From an uncultured virus (IMG/VR IMGVR_UViG_3300021364_000014) (lineage: Duplodnaviria; Heunggongvirae; Uroviricota; Caudoviricetes), in the IMG/VR virus record IMGVR_UViG_3300021364_000014: a stretch of DNA of 20,000 nt. One strand, given 5' to 3'. A model generated the notes under the pieces. That model saw nothing but the letters and a program-made list of their open reading frames with translations, was not told the DNA's origin and did not search any database. Position 1 is the first letter of the stretch; every line of letters starts with the position of its first letter. Shown here in pieces: positions 17,701 to 20,000 of the stretch. A program made the position numbers and the translations under genes.

Positions 17701-19874
17701 CCATCTTCATCTCTTACGGTTTCACCAGAAATAAATCTACCAGACAGAGTTTTAATGTAAAGGAGACTTCCAATGGAATATACTCCAGTATCAGATCCTT
17801 CTACAACACCATAAGCTTTGCTCTCTAATCCAAAGATATACTTACCTGCTTGGAATGCATTAGATCCAGTAGGAGTTGCATCTAACTGAATTTTGGTGTA
17901 GAATGTTGGATCGAAATAAGACAATCCGAAGATAGAATTGTAAGTAGCATCTCCATTTGCTAAACGTCCTCTAGAAAGGACAATATCAGAATCTGGGTTG
18001 AAACCAGATCCTAATTTTTGTAGTACAAAATTACTTGGTTTTGCTTTACCAATAACAGGAGTAATGGTGTCGGTATAATCTACAATAAAACCAAATTCAT
18101 TCGAATTGTTAGCAGCATCTGCCTCAGTTAGGAAGATTTTTCTCTTGTATTCAGAATCGGAATCATCATACTCCAACAAGAGTTGTTCGAGTTCATCTTT
18201 TCTACCAGAAACAGTGAGTTCTAAAAACTGAACAGATTCAGATGGATTGATTAGTGGTTTATTGGTTGTAGCAAATGATAAAGATTTGAAACTTGAGATA
18301 GCAGTAGGAGATCCTGTGTCGGTTCTAGTTTTAATAAAGAACAGTTCAGAGAATTGAGAATCAAAAGTTGCATCAGTTACTGCACCAATAAGAGTTACAG
18401 TATTTGTGATTTGCAAAGTAATAGTTTTGATGCCATCATCTACACTGAATACTTCCCCTCTTCTGTTGATAGTTTGTCTATGATCACTTGCAAGTTCTGT
18501 ATCATTTAGACCAATAGAACCATCGTTGAAAGATGCATAGAAGAATAGATCTGGATATGCTGTAAGTTCAGATCCTTCTTTGTTCAGGGGTACACTACCA
18601 AATACGTTTGTAATGCTGTAAGTTGGTAGACCCTTTGTCTTTAGAGTTACATTGTCAGAGGACAGACTCTCTCTTGCCTTACTAATATCTAGATACTTAG
18701 TTTCCTTATTGACAATTTCATATCCTTTGACATATGCTTTACCAGGACCAATGGTAGCTACCATCTTTCTGGATGCTTCGGTAGAAGTCAGATTATTATA
18801 CAGACCAAATTCATCGGCAGCATAGATACCACGGTTGCCGTTTTTCTGTGCATATTCTCTAATATCTACAGCGAAGTTGTCTACAACATAGTCTCCACTC
18901 TCATCAAATGTTCTACGTGCTAGAGTTTGCTCTAGAACACTGAAATCTGTTCCTTGGATCTTTCTTTGGATTTGACCTCTAGATACAGTAAGTAACTGGA
19001 TGAAGTTCTTATCTGTAATTGCATTCAGTGCAAACTCTTTTAGTTCTAGACTAATCTTTAGTCTATGACCACCAGGAGCAGTGTAGTTGGAAGAACCAAT
19101 TGCATTGTCATACAGAGATGCATCTTCTTCTGGAGTTACAATCGACTCTTTGATTGTAAATCCAACTTTTGCGGAGGGTTTGTTGTAGTATTCGTCGATA
19201 ATGAGGAGTTGCTCGTCATTGCGAACAAAGTAACCATTAACAAAGTAAATACCTTCTTGGACTTTTACAGCAGATCCATATCCCATTGCAGGACTATCAA
19301 TGGATGTTACTTCTTGTGTATCGGGATTTGTGACTTGAATGCTAGTTGGTAGAACACTACCATCTGTACCGACAACTAGAAGTGGTGTGTTGATACCATT
19401 GACAACTTCTAAAGTTTCACCTTGCCTAAAAGTTTCTTCTGTGTTAGAATTACCGCTGTTAATATAATTTACATAAACAGTATCAGCACTAGTCTCAGTT
19501 GACAATCTTGCTGCTAAAACTGTTGCAGTGACACCAGATGTTAGTCCAGTTAGTTGTTGTCCAACCAACTGCGTAATATCATACTTTTTATAGACAATAT
19601 CATTTCCTTCGCCTACTGCTACTTCTGATACAGAAGACAATTTTACATAATCTAATTTGGTATTGAGTCCAACTTCACCTGGGATTACCAATTCCCCCTG
19701 TTTAAATGCATACTTACCAAAAGATTCAATCTGATTCTGAAGAATTGATTGAACTTGTGTTAGTTCTCTACCTTGGATAGAGTAACCAGGACGGAATAGA
19801 ATTTTATAAAAATTCTTGTTCGCGTCGAAGTCCTCGTAGTAAGGATTTACATTAAGGTTAGTCTTTTGTGGCAT
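11742..19874 (-). CDS. 2710-aa VrlC-like / DUF4815-domain virion structural protein
   Basis: ORF track. Recognisable motifs: N-terminal NLNVNPYYEDFD...ILFRPGYSIQGRELTQVQSILQNQI, LARRTFDESGDY, NRRYTMRDIGKLEKRIERLEYY...DRFKSGFFVDNF, PLAQTF, and C-terminal FSSFAVKIVM...PKIQDIRAVA. It sits directly after gp8, as in cyanomyoviruses, and has SD GGCGGAG. Confidence 0.88.
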   Translation of the reverse strand: MPQKTNLNVNPYYEDFDANKNFYKILFRPGYSIQGRELTQVQSILQNQIESFGKYAFKQGELVIPGEVGLNTKLDYVKLSSVSEVAVGEGNDIVYKKYDITQLVGQQLTGLTSGVTATVLAARLSTETSADTVYVNYINSGNSNTEETFRQGETLEVVNGINTPLLVVGTDGSVLPTSIQVTNPDTQEVTSIDSPAMGYGSAVKVQEGIYFVNGYFVRNDEQLLIIDEYYNKPSAKVGFTIKESIVTPEEDASLYDNAIGSSNYTAPGGHRLKISLELKEFALNAITDKNFIQLLTVSRGQIQRKIQGTDFSVLEQTLARRTFDESGDYVVDNFAVDIREYAQKNGNRGIYAADEFGLYNNLTSTEASRKMVATIGPGKAYVKGYEIVNKETKYLDISKARESLSSDNVTLKTKGLPTYSITNVFGSVPLNKEGSELTAYPDLFFYASFNDGSIGLNDTELASDHRQTINRRGEVFSVDDGIKTITLQITNTVTLIGAVTDATFDSQFSELFFIKTRTDTGSPTAISSFKSLSFATTNKPLINPSESVQFLELTVSGRKDELEQLLLEYDDSDSEYKRKIFLTEADAANNSNEFGFIVDYTDTITPVIGKAKPSNFVLQKLGSGFNPDSDIVLSRGRLANGDATYNSIFGLSYFDPTFYTKIQLDATPTGSNAFQAGKYIFGLESKAYGVVEGSDTGVYSIGSLLYIKTLSGRFISGETVRDEDGNTARIATDNTISHFVVQNRGLGYADGVTLLVNGLEFDSSKIAISKTNDGKIYKAVIADRNAVALQYAQPPAVTVKNPDSAGAPNSAAAVVPILFRNSVTTYTPQNVKSLGCSYGSGNSNNFSADVVVDSQTYSEIKSVTDFTFFGSQGSNFIESTSFSADASTILQQGDLVQFSDDNNNLVRAIVQYATEQDGPFKTRVYFDTALPGPVTNTSIVRLRPKVANTNSGTLIFPTGSKQVSQLAYSDEDSKIKYYFRRDFVTTASGDPNAITFKAQLPFGTQRFAAYSTENFMITVLDPGDAPNIGIGDILYVSQDQVNITSKTDTTSGLTSGSISLALPPSYFGTIPSNGTYPKLKLTATVEVSNAKPRLKTAIRNKRITVASAGDRVVPFRGSDYDTKAVETISYSDAFKLRYVYEGTSAQPPELDSAGNLISGTDVTNKFTFDNGQRDTVYDVSRLVLKPGFEPTSGQLVIAFDYFVHSQGDFCTIDSYLHEAGVPEDEIPTFNSSVHKVVELKNVLDFRPKVDSNAIISGFQNNTSLGLTSGSFAGSGAVVSSTPAPDNNIEYTFSFSQVQYLDRIDGIFLDKKGNFVVKEGNSSLNPSKPDPIEDAVPLFYAYIPAFTKDSKDVRITPVDNRRYTMRDIGKLEKRIERLEYYTTLSILEQQALNMQVKDDIGLDRFKSGFFVDNFEAHRVGNLNSLDYRCSIDSRQSTLRPQSKEDSIDLVEVNTRNDQRSVSGYTRSGNIVTLPYGSLELLGNDFASKTLNPNPFVVLQYVGDGEVSPSIDQWYDDSQEPLVVDTNTNLYTIFLAKENVKESLSSLHNSFVVNWVGTSPAFTSINSLGELNTQDAISSVASASVGSSSNISPQNNDIAKGVQSKSVGETQVSTALAFFARSKPVKFVIRRLKPNTKINVFLEGRNINRWVNPDLRFSGIAGNSLSAFNGTVTTDEYGNASGLILLPSGYPPLQNATWGGDVSTVSYDTNAEQLNFTTGELTFRFTSSATNESKETVDTYAEVKYYASGTLPQNPSSIVSTKPSYFKANEGVQLIESNTDNPVRPNPLAQTFKVENLDGGCFVTGVDLYFNKKSTNIPVKTYITNVDAEKPGKNIVPGSEKTLSPNTFLKCTASGNMSVYKGENVTGASSAASGPILQIFDKNNVELVATASGRYSLTNEQVYTVVLSNHNGRSFSANEDLIIPSVTLSNATDGTDFVLSIAKDSGKLSDIRVTNPGANYDSAVLTLESPQLPGGSTATASIKVSGGKIYNVEVSLPGFGYTEAPSVVIRGVGNGAGGCEVETFIEIDTPAVRMGVAVDRDGVTESTTPTHFGYDYPVYLQNDTEYALVVETDSVDYEMWVSRLGETDIATSTVITTQPALGSVYRSQNTESWTEDIFEDLKFTMYRAEFAIERPAELVLRNASLGYELLDANPFETNASSSSNSTSKLFKNNNAIVKVSHRDNGFETGGDSYVFYRTAKTVGGITASTLNNGLFQISNSGIDYYNINTVSKAAANAIGGGDAVYASYNRKYETLYPQVHYLSFTGTTLSTEVKTTNVVPVDSSTTNYTSYSQSEYEKTFLNESHYFTNQKFIASDINETLNGITSSLNYKMTLTSTVSHLSPVIDLSSASVKTSTNRVENAKGQENRYGRRDQIIKFFPVYQFEVSGQGGADISVNQSIVGNTTKASGIIARVDGNVLYVRLKTSQFFQKGEGVTLSDDTGLTAVVVDSNPTQLFFDIADAATITARNPVAVYNSVSEGTEAYYNIITGKSVVWNSKTQELTVRVDTQPIGDDYTSRIIDDDQFTRAVFDSNGVTDQQTDIFRVGDFIMHPDADETNERAYLEVGTITYTNGIEFVAENTSKNGSAAAKYVTKEIAINSPATSIDVHLLANVKDIADVKVLYRFKKASSQENFEDIDWVFFNETGMPDTAEIATSENTISGVVEKQSSYQDLKYSVADLPEFSSFAVKIVMASVDPAFVPKIQDIRAVASF

Positions 19875-19878
19875 TGTA

Positions 19879-19885
19879 CTCCGCC
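19879..19885 (-). promoter_or_regulatory. Shine-Dalgarno GGCGGAG of the VrlC-like gene
   Basis: Minus strand GGCGGAG-TACA-ATG. Confidence 0.7.
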
Positions 19886-19908
19886 AAATACTAGCATCTT
19901 GTCCCTAG

Positions 19909-19915
19909 TATTTAG
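19909..19915 (-). promoter_or_regulatory. Putative T4-type late promoter CTAAATA
   Basis: Intergenic, immediately downstream of the terminator U-tract and 34 nt upstream of the VrlC ATG. It has the TAAATA core and is the same heptamer as at 5536-5542. Confidence 0.75.
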
Positions 19916-19920
19916 TAGAG

Positions 19921-19952
19921 ATAAAAAAAATCCCCCCATTGCTGGGGGGATT
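19921..19952 (-). terminator. Rho-independent terminator after gp8
   Basis: Minus strand AATCCCCCCA-GCAA-TGGGGGGATT-TTTTTTAT: a 10-bp perfect stem, GNRA tetraloop and T8 tract, 18 nt after the gp8 stop. Confidence 0.92.
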
Positions 19953-19970
19953 CTTGATGTCTCTCTCACA

Positions 19971-20000
19971 TCAGAATTCGATTACTAGTTTGATATCTTC
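19971..20000 (-). CDS. gp8: 3' end of baseplate wedge subunit gp8 (partial)
   Basis: Minus strand GAA GAT ATC AAA CTA GTA ATC GAA TTC TGA = EDIKLVIEF*, the C-terminus I recognise from cyanomyovirus gp8, supported by gp8-VrlC synteny. Only 9 codons are visible. Confidence 0.75.
   Translation of the reverse strand, partial: EDIKLVIEF

Noticed and set aside
183..19352. Numerous 60-144 aa plus-strand ORFs and short out-of-frame minus-strand ORFs in the track
   Set aside because: All lie within long minus-strand genes, have no recognisable motifs, and are the expected antisense or alternate-frame shadows of biased codon usage.
11742..19874. 'Virulence-associated' function implied by the VrlC name
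   Set aside because: The name derives from the Dichelobacter nodosus vrl locus. In this T4-like baseplate context a structural role is the supported reading, and nothing here indicates virulence.
1..19874. Inteins, introns, homing endonucleases or stop-codon recoding as the explanation for the large insertions and long genes
   Set aside because: The frames are open in the standard code and tile the window almost without gaps. By eye I saw no intein splice-junction (C...HN-C/S/T) or LAGLIDADG/HNH/GIY-YIG motifs at the insertion boundaries. An HMM scan was not possible.
19923..19950. A8/C6/G6 homopolymer runs as phase-variation tracts
   Set aside because: They are fully explained as the stem and U-tract of the intrinsic terminator.

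Overview
This window is a ~40% GC (estimated by eye) segment of the virion-structural (baseplate/tail-appendage) module of a T4-like marine myovirus, most likely a cyanomyovirus (Kyanoviridae-type). All credible genes are on the minus strand. In transcription order they are: the last 9 codons of baseplate wedge gp8, a strong intrinsic terminator and late promoter, a 2710-aa VrlC/DUF4815-like structural protein, a 68-aa coiled-coil protein, an 1830-aa tail-fibre-like protein, a 166-aa protein, and a giant ORF (at least 1832 aa, ATG at 5498) that runs off the left edge and is absent from the ORF track. Three observations stand out. (1) Two of the big proteins show 'Russian-doll' nested domain architecture, with several N-halves in a row followed by the same number of C-halves. 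(2) A cupredoxin-like domain with an intact amicyanin-type His...Cys-x2-His-x2-Met motif is predicted at the tip of one nested stalk. (3) A 16-bp hairpin buries the VrlC Shine-Dalgarno and has the late promoter in its 5' arm, as in T4 e/soc/49/I-TevI. Family assignments come from motif recognition, not database searches.
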